Positions 15,890-24,867 of a stretch of DNA of 25,191 nt are shown piece by piece. Every line of letters starts with the position of its first letter. Position 1 is the stretch's first letter. The notes beneath the pieces are model-generated. The model was not told the origin of the DNA, ran no database searches, and was given only the letters and a program-made list of their open reading frames with translations. A program made the position numbers and the translations under genes. Origin of the DNA: an uncultured Candidatus Bathyarchaeia archaeon (GTDB lineage Archaea; Thermoproteota; Bathyarchaeia; Bathyarchaeales; B24-2). The stretch lies in contig CAZHYI010000001.1 of the NCBI GenBank assembly GCA_964536595.1, positions 1 through 25,191 of the forward strand, given 5' to 3'.

Positions 15890-16798
15890 TCATAACCCTA
15901 GAATCTTATACGTAAAGGCTTCTGGATTAAACTCTTCCAGATCCTCATATTCCTGTCCTGTACCGATGAAGAGAATAGGTTTCTTTATTGCGTGTATAAC
16001 ACTTAAGGCTGTTCCACCCTTAATGTCCGCATCCACCTTTGTTAGGATCATTCCATCCACTCCAATGTTGGAGTCGAACTCTTCAGCTTGATTTACAGCA
16101 TCATTACCCGTTAAGGCATCAACCACTAACATCTTAAAGTCTGGCTCGATGACTCTAACGATCTTTTTCAGTTCATCCATTAAGTTTCTATTGGTTTGCA
16201 TCCTCCCTGCAGTATCAATCAGCACTACATCCAAGCCTCTAGCTCTCGCATAATTAACTGAGTCGTAGGCTACAGCTGCAGGGTCTGAACCATACATGTG
16301 CTTAATGGCTCTAACCCCCAGCCTTTTAGCGTGCTCCATAATTTGCTCTATAGCGCCTGCCCTATAGGTGTCGCTGCATGCTAAAACCACAGAAAAACCA
16401 CGTCTGTTTAAAAGGTAAGCCAACTTAGCCATCGAAGTCGTCTTCCCAGTTCCATTAATGCCAAGAAATAGTATTATGTATACTTCTCCATCAGATTTTT
16501 TCTTCCTAATTAAAGAGTCTAGTTTTACTTCATGCCCTATAGAGAGAGTCTCAAGAATTATATTTCTCATTTTTCTCCTAACGATCTCGTCTTTCTTTTC
16601 GAACCTCTTGACTTTAAGTCCTTTCAGCTGCTCCATAATCTCCATGCATATATGTTCTGCTGTGTATATCGCCACATTAGCCTCAAGGAGGCTGATTTTA
16701 AACTCTTCAAGAATAGGTGTTAAATTCTCAGGAGAGAGTTCAACTTTCGATACATTCTCTATAAAACTCTCAAGGCCCTGCTTAAGCCTCTCAAACAA
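15890..16798 (-). CDS. ftsY: SRP receptor FtsY (NG domain only)
   Basis: Motifs GINGTGKTT, DTYRAGA, DTAGR and TKVDADIKGG. TTG start. Confidence 0.97.
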   Translation of the reverse strand: MFERLKQGLESFIENVSKVELSPENLTPILEEFKISLLEANVAIYTAEHICMEIMEQLKGLKVKRFEKKDEIVRRKMRNIILETLSIGHEVKLDSLIRKKKSDGEVYIILFLGINGTGKTTSMAKLAYLLNRRGFSVVLACSDTYRAGAIEQIMEHAKRLGVRAIKHMYGSDPAAVAYDSVNYARARGLDVVLIDTAGRMQTNRNLMDELKKIVRVIEPDFKMLVVDALTGNDAVNQAEEFDSNIGVDGMILTKVDADIKGGTALSVIHAIKKPILFIGTGQEYEDLEEFNPEAFTYKILGL

Positions 16799-16800
16799 CC

Positions 16801-17217
16801 TTACCTTCGCTCTCCAGCTAACTCTCTAAGTTTTGTTCGATTATCATTAATTTTTAATGCGACTTGAGTTAGCTGTTCACGAAGAGCCCTCGCTGTCTTT
16901 TCAAGTTCCTCTATCCTATTTTTAATCCTCTCCAAAGCATCGGGCAGAGGCTTCTCAACGGCTACGTTAGCTCCGATTCCAGCTATGACTAGGTCTGACT
17001 CATCTAACCTCACCTTTATGTAGGACCCGCCTCCAATGGGCACAATAAGTTGAGTGTCCTTCTTCTCTTTCATGAGACCCTCCATACTCATTCTAGCAAT
17101 CCTTAAGTCCGCCAATGCAGCACTAACAAAGTTTATTCTTGATTGTAGAGACTCAGCTGTAGCTTCTAGGAATTGAGTCTCCACAAGCAACTTTCTTACT
17201 TCTTCATCTCTTGACAA
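16801..17217 (-). CDS. pfdA: Prefoldin alpha subunit
   Basis: Coiled coils flanking the beta-hairpin motif VPIGGGSY...GIGANVAVEK. TTG start. Confidence 0.94.
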   Translation of the reverse strand: MSRDEEVRKLLVETQFLEATAESLQSRINFVSAALADLRIARMSMEGLMKEKKDTQLIVPIGGGSYIKVRLDESDLVIAGIGANVAVEKPLPDALERIKNRIEELEKTARALREQLTQVALKINDNRTKLRELAGERR

Positions 17218-17458
17218 TCTTAATGTCCTCCGAAATCAACCTCTGGATGACTGGGTCCTCCACCTCATCAGGACTTATCTCTTCAACACTTTCAATCTTT
17301 ATGTGGAACCGTTTAACCCTATGTTTACTCCCCAACACTTTATAGACTTCCTCTATAGCGTCCTCCACATCTACAGCTCTAATCTCCTTTCTGAAAACCG
17401 TTTTGAAGTTGGGCTTCAGTATCCTACCAGTCACCCTGAAAGTTTTTACTTCACTCAT
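17204..17458 (-). CDS. rpl18a: 50S ribosomal protein LX (eL20/L18ae)
   Basis: Motif YKVLGSKHRVKR; conserved position between eIF6 and pfdA; ATGA overlap with eIF6. Confidence 0.93.
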   Translation of the reverse strand: MSEVKTFRVTGRILKPNFKTVFRKEIRAVDVEDAIEEVYKVLGSKHRVKRFHIKIESVEEISPDEVEDPVIQRLISEDIKIVKR

Positions 17459-18132
17459 CTCTTCTCAATGACCCCCAAAGCTTGACCTATGATAAATAAT
17501 TCTGGGCCTGTAGTTAAAAAACCTACTAGCGCTTCATGAGAATTACTAAGTAAACCAGTCGATATATATGGAATGCCTCCATTAACAGTTCCTGTTGTGA
17601 CAGGAACCTTTAACGTATCCTCTATCAACTTTTTCTCTTCATCCCTTATTAAGGGGTGAGATAAAACACCTTTATTAGTGGCTACCGCTAACGACCCAAC
17701 ATAAGGTAAACCAGCAATGCTGCTCTGAATAACCTCTACATCTAACACTTCCCTAATAACCTTCAGTTCTTCGGATTTAAGCGCTGAATCAACTATCGCT
17801 CCCTTATCATTAGCTAAAATTAAATTTCCATAAGCCGTGAATTTACTTTTCATAATTCCCACCTCTCCATCCCAACTTTCCTGTATGGCCTTCACTTCTT
17901 CTTCATTTACTGTGTATGGCAAAATTATGCCTCTAGAGTTTGCGCATGCTAATACGCCGATTAAGGGTGAAGATGCAAGATCTGTTTGTATAAGCTGAAC
18001 ATTTAACAATTTAGCTAAATTTTCGGCTTTCCTTTTCGGCATGGATGAAGGAACAATAATAATTTTGTCTGTAGCCAACATGTAGATTCCTATGCTTGCA
18101 CATCCGAATATGTGGGTGAGGTGGATAGACAA
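17455..18132 (-). CDS. eif6: Translation initiation / anti-association factor aIF6
   Basis: Pentein repeats (IGIY, LIGVL, GNLILANDKGA, VGSLAVATNKG, GTVNGG). TTG start. Confidence 0.95.
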   Translation of the reverse strand: MSIHLTHIFGCASIGIYMLATDKIIIVPSSMPKRKAENLAKLLNVQLIQTDLASSPLIGVLACANSRGIILPYTVNEEEVKAIQESWDGEVGIMKSKFTAYGNLILANDKGAIVDSALKSEELKVIREVLDVEVIQSSIAGLPYVGSLAVATNKGVLSHPLIRDEEKKLIEDTLKVPVTTGTVNGGIPYISTGLLSNSHEALVGFLTTGPELFIIGQALGVIEKR

Positions 18133-18138
18133 AAGCCA

Positions 18139-18459
18139 TTAACCCTCTATAAGCTTGACTGTAACTGTACCCTCCTTATCCTTAACGGCTACCACACGTA
18201 ATTTTCTCGGAGGCTTCTCTATCCCCCTTTTCCAGATCATTTCATTAACCTCATTACTGATCCTTATTGATTCAGCCTTCATATGCCTATATATGAAGTC
18301 TCTGATTATTCGGATAGCTTTAGGTGCTCTTTCCTTACGTGGCACTATAAAAGCTCTACTCAAAGGTATTGTGTACACTCTCTCCTCAACGGCTTCCTCT
18401 TCAGCGGCTTCTTCAACCTCTTCCATCTCTTCATTAGAATCTCTAGATTCTTCACTCAT
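18139..18459 (-). CDS. rpl31e: 50S ribosomal protein eL31 with acidic N-terminal extension
   Basis: Motifs ERVYTIPL, RAPKAIR and IWKRGIEKPP. Confidence 0.96.
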   Translation of the reverse strand: MSEESRDSNEEMEEVEEAAEEEAVEERVYTIPLSRAFIVPRKERAPKAIRIIRDFIYRHMKAESIRISNEVNEMIWKRGIEKPPRKLRVVAVKDKEGTVTVKLIEG

Positions 18460-18475
18460 CTCTCATCGTCTCTGC

Positions 18476-18631
18476 TTAAGGTTTTATTTTACTCCTCCAC
18501 CATCTCCTCACTTTAGGAGACGACCTGACTCTTCCCATAGTTCTAGCAACTACCCATGTAGGTACAGGCTTTGTTTGCTTAATTTTACTTCCTAACCTGA
18601 GCTTTTTTGCTAAAGGCTTATACCTAGCCAT
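18476..18631 (-). CDS. rpl39e: 50S ribosomal protein eL39 (51 aa)
   Basis: Hand translation MARYKPLAKKLRLGSKIKQTKPVPTWVVARTMGRVRSSPKVRRWWRSKIKP; conserved position before rpl31e; not in the ORF track. Confidence 0.94.
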   Translation of the reverse strand: MARYKPLAKKLRLGSKIKQTKPVPTWVVARTMGRVRSSPKVRRWWRSKIKP

Positions 18632-18633
18632 AA

Positions 18634-18963
18634 TTAAACCCTCCTAATTCTAATTTCTCTCTTTCCTCTTTGAATACGACTAAGAATTTCTTTCAATTGT
18701 CTATCACTAAGAGGTGAATTTAAAACTCCTCTTTGGAATAGCTGGATGAGTTGAATCTCGATTTGTCTTGCAAATTCTGGTTTAACCATCTTTATATTTG
18801 CAAGTCTCTGTCTAGCTTCGGGAGTCAAAATCTGGCGGAGAATAGCTTGAATCTTCATTTCCACTTCCCTCTGCTTCTCTAATTGCTGTTCTTCATAGAT
18901 TCGTCTCTGAAGAGCCTCCAGTTTTCTTCTACGAATTCTCTCCAGCTCTTCCTCTTCACTCAT
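18634..18963 (-). CDS. PDCD5/TFAR19-family DNA-binding protein
   Basis: Motifs ELERIRRRKL, LRQILTPEARQRLANI and LKEIL; conserved position after rps19e. Confidence 0.92.
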   Translation of the reverse strand: MSEEEELERIRRRKLEALQRRIYEEQQLEKQREVEMKIQAILRQILTPEARQRLANIKMVKPEFARQIEIQLIQLFQRGVLNSPLSDRQLKEILSRIQRGKREIRIRRV

Positions 18964-18973
18964 TCTTAACACC

Positions 18974-19429
18974 TTAATATTTCGCTAATTCAGGTATTTC
19001 CCTAATGAGTGCTCTATAAATTTCGGTAGCAATAGTATCCAGTAGCTTTCTCCCTTTACTGGTTATGACTCTACCTTTCTTTCCTTCCGTCTTTATGAAC
19101 CCTGCCTCTTCAAGTTGCTGTAAAGCTTTTCTTATGATGGCTCCTCCACCATCAACGCTCTTTTCTGGACGTACACCTTTATCCTTTCTACCTCCATACA
19201 TAGAGCGTAAACGCGCAACTCCGATGGGTCCTCTTAAATATACCTTCCTCAGGAGAGAAGCGCATCTAACATACCACCAATCCTTGTTTTGAGGAGGTCT
19301 CTCAACATGAGAGCCTGTTTTAACCATTAAGGACCATTCTGGTGGCTTAACAGCATCTACATTATTCTTTAAGTATTCCGCTACCCTTTCAATCAATCTA
19401 TCCGCTGGGACATCATAAACTGTAGGCAA
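18974..19429 (-). CDS. rps19e: 30S ribosomal protein eS19
   Basis: Motifs PEWSLMVKTG, DWWYVRCAS and ALQQLE. TTG start. Confidence 0.97.
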   Translation of the reverse strand: MPTVYDVPADRLIERVAEYLKNNVDAVKPPEWSLMVKTGSHVERPPQNKDWWYVRCASLLRKVYLRGPIGVARLRSMYGGRKDKGVRPEKSVDGGGAIIRKALQQLEEAGFIKTEGKKGRVITSKGRKLLDTIATEIYRALIREIPELAKY

Positions 19430-19474
19430 TCACTATTCCCTCTCAAACACTCCTTCTCTTAAATCTTCAGCTCC

Positions 19475-19484
19475 CTTATAAAAA
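19475..19484 (-). promoter_or_regulatory. Putative TATA box (TTTTTATAAG) for the rps19e operon
   Basis: About 46-55 nt upstream of the TTG. T-tracts at 19528-19537 and 19551-19556 could terminate rnp4. Confidence 0.45.
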
Positions 19485-19583
19485 CTTTCATTAAAGCTTT
19501 AATATGTATCGTTTTAAAACATCCACTAAAAAAGAAACCTCCACTTCTTCAAAAAATATTTACCGGCATTTTAGTCATTCTCA

Positions 19584-19913
19584 TCATCTTCTCTTATGAA
19601 GTCCTCGTAATAAGTATCTAGTCATCCGACCGCACTCTAAACATGTAACTACGATATGTGGCTCTCTTCTAGGTTGAAGTCTTACACGACAATTGTAGCC
19701 TGGAATTAAGAGAACTTTACATTTTCTACATATGAAGAAGCGATAATCCTTAGGTATTCGTACTCCAGTCTTCATAGAGATCTTGAAGGCTAATTCTACA
19801 TACCGATGAGAGAGCTCTCTATCTTTATGGAACATTTCAAAGGCTAAATCTAAGAGCTTGCGTATACTCTCCTCAGCCAGACTCTTCATCTCTACCATTA
19901 CATTCTCAACCAT
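19584..19913 (-). CDS. rnp4: RNase P protein component 4 (Rpp21)
   Basis: Zinc ribbon CRKC...CLECG with LIPGYNCRVRL. Confidence 0.94.
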   Translation of the reverse strand: MVENVMVEMKSLAEESIRKLLDLAFEMFHKDRELSHRYVELAFKISMKTGVRIPKDYRFFICRKCKVLLIPGYNCRVRLQPRREPHIVVTCLECGRMTRYLLRGLHKRR

Positions 19914-19971
19914 AACTTTCTGGATATCCTTATTATACTCCTTAAAAAATAATTATTTCAATGAGATTAAA

Positions 19972-20670
19972 TTGCTTCTCCTAATACTTGCTGAATCAGC
20001 CTTAGAAACTATTCCTCCAAAGCTTTGGAAACATCCAGTTATAGTTAAATATGTTCAAAAGAAGGGGCGTCATCCAAGCTCTATTGTTCTGGATAGGTCT
20101 TACCATCACAGAGCCATACTTTCTCTTAAAAATCCTGAAAAGAGAGGTCGCCCCGATATAGTCCACTTCACTTTATTGGAGGCTCTAGGTTCACCTTTAA
20201 ATAAAGAAGGACTACTCCAAATTTATGTCCACACTATATCAGATAAAGTTATAAGTGTAGACCCTACGACTAGACTTCCTCGAAACTACACTAGATTCGT
20301 AGGATTGATTGAGCAGCTATTCGAGTATGGTCATGTCCCCCCAAACGGGGATCCTCTCCTCAAGATTGAAGATAAAACTTTACAGGAGCTTATTGAAGAG
20401 CTCCGCCCATCCAGAGTGATAGGATTTGAGGTCTCAGGGAAACCTTCAACATTAAAGGATGTCATAGCCACCCTAAAGAATGAGGATAAACCAGCCATAA
20501 TTATAGGCGGTTTCCCTCATGGCTCATTTAGGGAAGAGACGCGTTCACTTTTTAATGAATCCTTCTGTATAGATAAGGAGGTCTTAGATGCTTCAATTAT
20601 AGCGTCAAGAGCAATATATGAGTATGAAGTTATGATCTCACTGACTGAAAAAAGAGTTTCTCAAATTTAA
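19972..20670 (+). CDS. nep1: 16S rRNA pseudouridine N1-methyltransferase Nep1/Emg1
   Basis: Motifs LILAESALE, RGRPDIVH, RLPRNYTRFVGLIEQL and GGFPHG. The true start is probably TTG 19972; the track's 19858 start overlaps rnp4. Confidence 0.94.
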   Translation: MLLLILAESALETIPPKLWKHPVIVKYVQKKGRHPSSIVLDRSYHHRAILSLKNPEKRGRPDIVHFTLLEALGSPLNKEGLLQIYVHTISDKVISVDPTTRLPRNYTRFVGLIEQLFEYGHVPPNGDPLLKIEDKTLQELIEELRPSRVIGFEVSGKPSTLKDVIATLKNEDKPAIIIGGFPHGSFREETRSLFNESFCIDKEVLDASIIASRAIYEYEVMISLTEKRVSQI

Positions 20671-20745
20671 TCTTTAAAAATAAAGTTTCAAAGTGGGTAA
20701 ATTAACGAATGAATGTTTTTCGGCATCAAGAATTAATAGGGTGTG

Positions 20746-22578
20746 TTATAGCACAGCTATTGCTGAGGATAGGAGTAAACCCAAAATAGGAAAAATTATG
20801 AGGGCATATTTCTTAGCTTTCTTTGCTATATCATCTATGCTAATTGTTAAAGACCTAATCTGTTCTTCACCGATCACTTTAACATTCGGTATCTCCAGAA
20901 TATCACAAGAAACTGTGCACTCTTCACAATTCAACAAGGCTCTTTCAGCTACCTCCACTACATACTTAACTAGTAACTTATTGTCCAGCGCCTCCCCTAT
21001 TGGGTGCCATCCTCTCCCAGTTAATACTATACCATTAACAACATGAGTATCAGTTGTAACGACCTCGCAATCCCTAATTCCAATGGAAGATAAGGCGGAT
21101 AATATATCCTCTCTCAAGCCAGAAATCATATTGTTTCCATCAATTGATATCAACATAAACTTTCGTTCTCTAATCTTAATGGCGAGCGCACCTATACCTC
21201 CAGGACCCATACCTTGCTTTAATCCAAATTCCTTCGGTTCAATCCTATAAGCGCCCACCTCAAATCTATATTTAGGTTGTTTTAGAGCTTCATCTAGAGC
21301 CCTCAAGGCTGCCTCCTTCAAAGTGGCTAAATGCTCTTCAAGGTTAAAGTTTCCATTTATACTGTTATGGGCATCTACAAGAATAGCTTCTCTGAATCCT
21401 CTTTTCTTAGCTTCCTCATTTATCTCCTCACTTAATCTGGGAGGCAAATCCTCCATGGCTTTTGGAGCCCTAGTTAAAGTAATTAATGCGTACCCATCAA
21501 ACGCTATACATTTCGCTTTTGCTTCATTAACTTCGACTGAAACTGAAGGAGTAATGTACTCAACGACATTTGGATTCGGCTTTAAATTTGTGATTTCTGT
21601 TAAAACACGATTGACTTGGTCTTGAGACGTTAAGTCTAAACCGTGACCTGAAACACCATGTACAACAATGCCTACACAACCAAACTTTTTTTCTAATGAC
21701 TCAATAATTAAGTGTGGAAGTGGACTGCTTCCGACGTTCTTGAATGGTCCAGGATGTATAGCTGGAACCACTAATGAGGCTCTTATCTTTCCTTTAGAAT
21801 AGAAGTTTATGAGTGCTACCTTAACATTCTCTAAATGCCCGATGCTTTCTAGTATTTCCTCTAATGGAGAATTGAGGCTTTCCATCCAGTCAGCTAAGAA
21901 CGCCCTTAAAAGCCTCAGAGATGAAAAACCGACATACCTCTCCCCCACTCTATCCACATGCCTCAAATATATCAGTGCACTCGAAATCGATGCTGCTACA
22001 CTTATTGCTCCATATGTCACTAGATTTAGAGCTAAATTTTCCATATTACTCCTCGCTACTGATATAGCAGTTATCGAAAAGGGTATAAAGTGAGCTGTGA
22101 TTACGCATTTCTTTTCTTCATTTAGAGATAACACAATAAGAGTTAGGATGTTAAGTATTGAGGCCGCCGTTACACCTATAAATAGAATTTTCATCCATAA
22201 ATGATCGGATTTTAGAAGGTATGTCAGCGATACTCCAAGCAATAAGAAAAGCGTCCATACCCCAACTGAAAATATGGAGAGAGCAGATAGCCTCCTTAAT
22301 GTCAGTAAAGGCTCCCTTTTATAGAGTGTCTCTTTAAGCAGTAGATTCCAAGCCATTACAACTACATAATATGTTAATCCCAAAAGTATCCTATTGAAAA
22401 TTTTCTCTAAAGTAAACATGGAGTGTAATGGTGTAATTAAACCAGCAAACAAGCATATGAGCAATAAAATAATAGATATGCTTCTAAATGAGGGCATCGT
22501 GAAAAGTGAAGAATACCTCTTAATTGCCTTATCTATATCTTTTTGAACACTCTCTTTCAGGTTTACATTATTCACCAT
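20746..22578 (-). CDS. DUF2070-family membrane protein (predicted neutral-ceramidase-like lipid hydrolase)
   Basis: Several N-terminal TM helices, a soluble domain with HPGPF, HGVSGH, DAHN, DGNN and TTDTH, and a C-terminal TM helix. Confidence 0.85.
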   Translation of the reverse strand: MVNNVNLKESVQKDIDKAIKRYSSLFTMPSFRSISIILLLICLFAGLITPLHSMFTLEKIFNRILLGLTYYVVVMAWNLLLKETLYKREPLLTLRRLSALSIFSVGVWTLFLLLGVSLTYLLKSDHLWMKILFIGVTAASILNILTLIVLSLNEEKKCVITAHFIPFSITAISVARSNMENLALNLVTYGAISVAASISSALIYLRHVDRVGERYVGFSSLRLLRAFLADWMESLNSPLEEILESIGHLENVKVALINFYSKGKIRASLVVPAIHPGPFKNVGSSPLPHLIIESLEKKFGCVGIVVHGVSGHGLDLTSQDQVNRVLTEITNLKPNPNVVEYITPSVSVEVNEAKAKCIAFDGYALITLTRAPKAMEDLPPRLSEEINEEAKKRGFREAILVDAHNSINGNFNLEEHLATLKEAALRALDEALKQPKYRFEVGAYRIEPKEFGLKQGMGPGGIGALAIKIRERKFMLISIDGNNMISGLREDILSALSSIGIRDCEVVTTDTHVVNGIVLTGRGWHPIGEALDNKLLVKYVVEVAERALLNCEECTVSCDILEIPNVKVIGEEQIRSLTISIDDIAKKAKKYALIIFPILGLLLSSAIAVL

Positions 22579-22666
22579 TCAGCCTCAACTGTGTTGTTAA
22601 AAGTTAGATTTTTTAAGGCATCAAGTAAATTATATGCTTTTCTAAATAAATTGAAGTTTAGATCCC

Positions 22667-22846
22667 TCAGATCGGAGGGTATAGAATAGGAAGTATTATG
22701 GACATTATTATCAAACCCGCCGATAATATAATTATAATTTCGGGTCTCAACCGCACTCCAGAAGTCTCTTCTTCGAAGAAACGTAGCAAACCCGCACTTA
22801 AAGCGGGAAGGGGCGCCTCTTCCCTTCTTTTCTTACGCCTGCTCAT
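22667..22846 (-). CDS. secG: Protein translocase subunit SecG / Sec61-beta (59 aa)
   Basis: Hand translation MSRRKKRREEAPLPALSAGLLRFFEEETSGVRLRPEIIIILSAGLIIMSIILPILYPPI shows the SAGLLRFFEE motif and one TM helix; not in the ORF track. Confidence 0.92.
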   Translation of the reverse strand: MSRRKKRREEAPLPALSAGLLRFFEEETSGVRLRPEIIIILSAGLIIMSIILPILYPPI

Positions 22847-22931
22847 CTTTCACACTACAAATTCTTTTTAATTAAATCTCCTATTAAGTTTGTCGTTCTC
22901 TATACCTATTCCAACTTAAAAATAGATGTTG

Positions 22932-23396
22932 TTAAAATATATAGACTAAGGCTGCTACGACTGAGCCGTAATTATCCATAGGGATCTTCAGGCTTTCAAC
23001 CCTATATCTTATTTCACCAATCTCAATGTTTCTTATTTTAGCCATCTCCTTTATCTTCCATTCTAGAAGGCTTCGAAGTCCATCTTTATCCATATGTCCA
23101 TGAGCTTCCGCCACAATCCCGTAACTCTTATTCTTCTCCCAAGCCCAAGCTATACCTGCACTTATTATCGTTCCTTCACTTCCATCCATTCTTGCAACCA
23201 CAGCAAAGGTTATCGTTCCCTCAACCATTCTTGTTGGTTCCTTCTCCTCCTTACAGTTAGGAGGTATGATCGAGGTTACTGGGACAAGATTATACTGCCC
23301 TATACCCGCATTCTTTAGGGCTAAATCGAAGGCGTTCAATTCTGAAGTAGGACTCACCGCTTTACCACTCGTAACGAAGAACCCTTTAGGCACCAT
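22932..23396 (-). CDS. pdaD: Pyruvoyl-dependent arginine decarboxylase proenzyme
   Basis: Motifs AFDLALKNAGIGQYNLVPVTSIIPP and YGIVAE; 154 aa. Confidence 0.9.
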   Translation of the reverse strand: MVPKGFFVTSGKAVSPTSELNAFDLALKNAGIGQYNLVPVTSIIPPNCKEEKEPTRMVEGTITFAVVARMDGSEGTIISAGIAWAWEKNKSYGIVAEAHGHMDKDGLRSLLEWKIKEMAKIRNIEIGEIRYRVESLKIPMDNYGSVVAALVYIF

Positions 23397-23550
23397 GACT
23401 ATTCTTTTTCCCCTTTATTTTTCTGAGGTTTTTAGGAGAGCTTGCTTATTTAAATTTATTTGGTTATAGTGTTAGTTTGATTAATCTTTACTTCCAAAAT
23501 AATTATTTATTGATAACCAACTATTTTAGGTTTAGAAGGAGTGTGTAAAA

Positions 23551-24867
23551 TTGTCTGAAGCTAGAGAGAAGTACGACTTAATATTCGATCTTCTGACGAA
23601 GCATCATGAATGGTTTAGGGAGGTAATCCCTCTAATAGCAAGTGAGAATATACCAAGCCCCGCTGTTAGGGAAGCCATAATAACGGATTTTGGTAACCGA
23701 TACGCTGAGGGTTGGCCTGGTGAACGGGTATATGCTGGTTGCAAGTTCATTGATGAAGTTGAAGTTCTCTGTCAAGAACTCATGAAGAAACTCTTCAGGG
23801 CTGAGTTCGTTGACGTCCGACCCATTTCAGGAGTAGTCGCGAATCTATCCCTATACACTGCATTCACTGAGCCTGGAGATACGATGATGGCTCTATCCAT
23901 ACCCGCAGGTGGACATATAAGTATGGGTAGGAAGAGGTTTGGAGGGACAGCTGGAGCGGTTCGCGGATTAAATGTTGAGTATCTACCCTTAGATTATAAG
24001 GAGATGACTATAGATATTGATAGAACAAAAGCTAAATTGAAGGATTTAAAAAGGGAGGGAAAGACCCCTAAACTTGTGATGTTTGGTGGAAGCGTATTCC
24101 CATTTCCTCACCCATTAAAAGAACTCGCTGATACAATTCATGATTTAGACTGTAAGATAGGTTATGATGCGGCTCATGTTGCGGGATTAATTGCTGGTGG
24201 GAAGTTTCAAGATCCATTGAGGGAAGGCGCTGACGCTATGACGTTGAGCACCCATAAGACTTTCTTTGGGCCCCAGCATGGAGCAATAGCTTCATGGGAT
24301 AAGTATGCTGAAGCAATAAAGCGTGCTGTTTTTCCAGGAATGGTCAGTAACCATCACTTACATAATGTTGCTGGAGTAGCCGTTGCGTCAGCTGAGCTTC
24401 TTGAATTTGGTAGAGAATACGCATCACAGATTATAAGGAACTCAAAGGCTCTTGGGCAAGCCCTGTATGAGCGAGGCTTTAATGTGTTAGCTGAGCATAA
24501 GGGCTTCACTGAGTCTCACGTCATTCTGGTTGACATAACTAAGTATGGTGATGGAGGAACCATAGAGAAGGAGTTAGAGAAGGCGAACATAATTATCAAC
24601 CGTAACCTTCTACCATGGGACATTAAGGAAGGCCGTCACTTCATGCATCCTGGAGGCATCAGGCTTGGAACAAGTGAGATCACTAGATTAGGCATGAAGG
24701 AGAATGAAATGGGCGAGATCGCTGAGTTTATTAAGAGAGTCGTGATTGATAAAGAAGATCCTGAAAATGTAAAGAAAGACGTCATTGAGTTCAGAAAGGA
24801 CTACCAGAAAGTTCATTACTGCTTCGAGAGTCTTACAGATGCTTACCAATATATTAAAGTCAGATAG
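23551..24867 (+). CDS. glyA: Serine hydroxymethyltransferase (archaeal type)
   Basis: Motifs LIASEN, RYAEG, YDAAHVAG, the PLP-lysine STHKT, and GIRLGT. TTG start. Confidence 0.97.
   Translation: MSEAREKYDLIFDLLTKHHEWFREVIPLIASENIPSPAVREAIITDFGNRYAEGWPGERVYAGCKFIDEVEVLCQELMKKLFRAEFVDVRPISGVVANLSLYTAFTEPGDTMMALSIPAGGHISMGRKRFGGTAGAVRGLNVEYLPLDYKEMTIDIDRTKAKLKDLKREGKTPKLVMFGGSVFPFPHPLKELADTIHDLDCKIGYDAAHVAGLIAGGKFQDPLREGADAMTLSTHKTFFGPQHGAIASWDKYAEAIKRAVFPGMVSNHHLHNVAGVAVASAELLEFGREYASQIIRNSKALGQALYERGFNVLAEHKGFTESHVILVDITKYGDGGTIEKELEKANIIINRNLLPWDIKEGRHFMHPGGIRLGTSEITRLGMKENEMGEIAEFIKRVVIDKEDPENVKKDVIEFRKDYQKVHYCFESLTDAYQYIKVR

Noticed and set aside
19430-19583. A YhbY/CRM-domain gene between rnp4 and rps19e
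   Set aside because: The 154-nt gap holds only a 9-codon ORF, T-tracts and a TATA box.
19858-19971. N-terminal hydrophobic extension of Nep1 shown in the ORF track
   Set aside because: It overlaps rnp4 and the divergent promoter; family similarity begins at TTG 19972.
2219-21625. Many short antisense or alternate-frame ORFs in the track (for example 4827-5222, 6913-7242, 12946-13368, 16458-16829, 18155-18595)
   Set aside because: They are shadows of well-supported genes, rich in Ser/Leu/Phe as expected opposite purine-rich coding strands, with no recognisable motifs.
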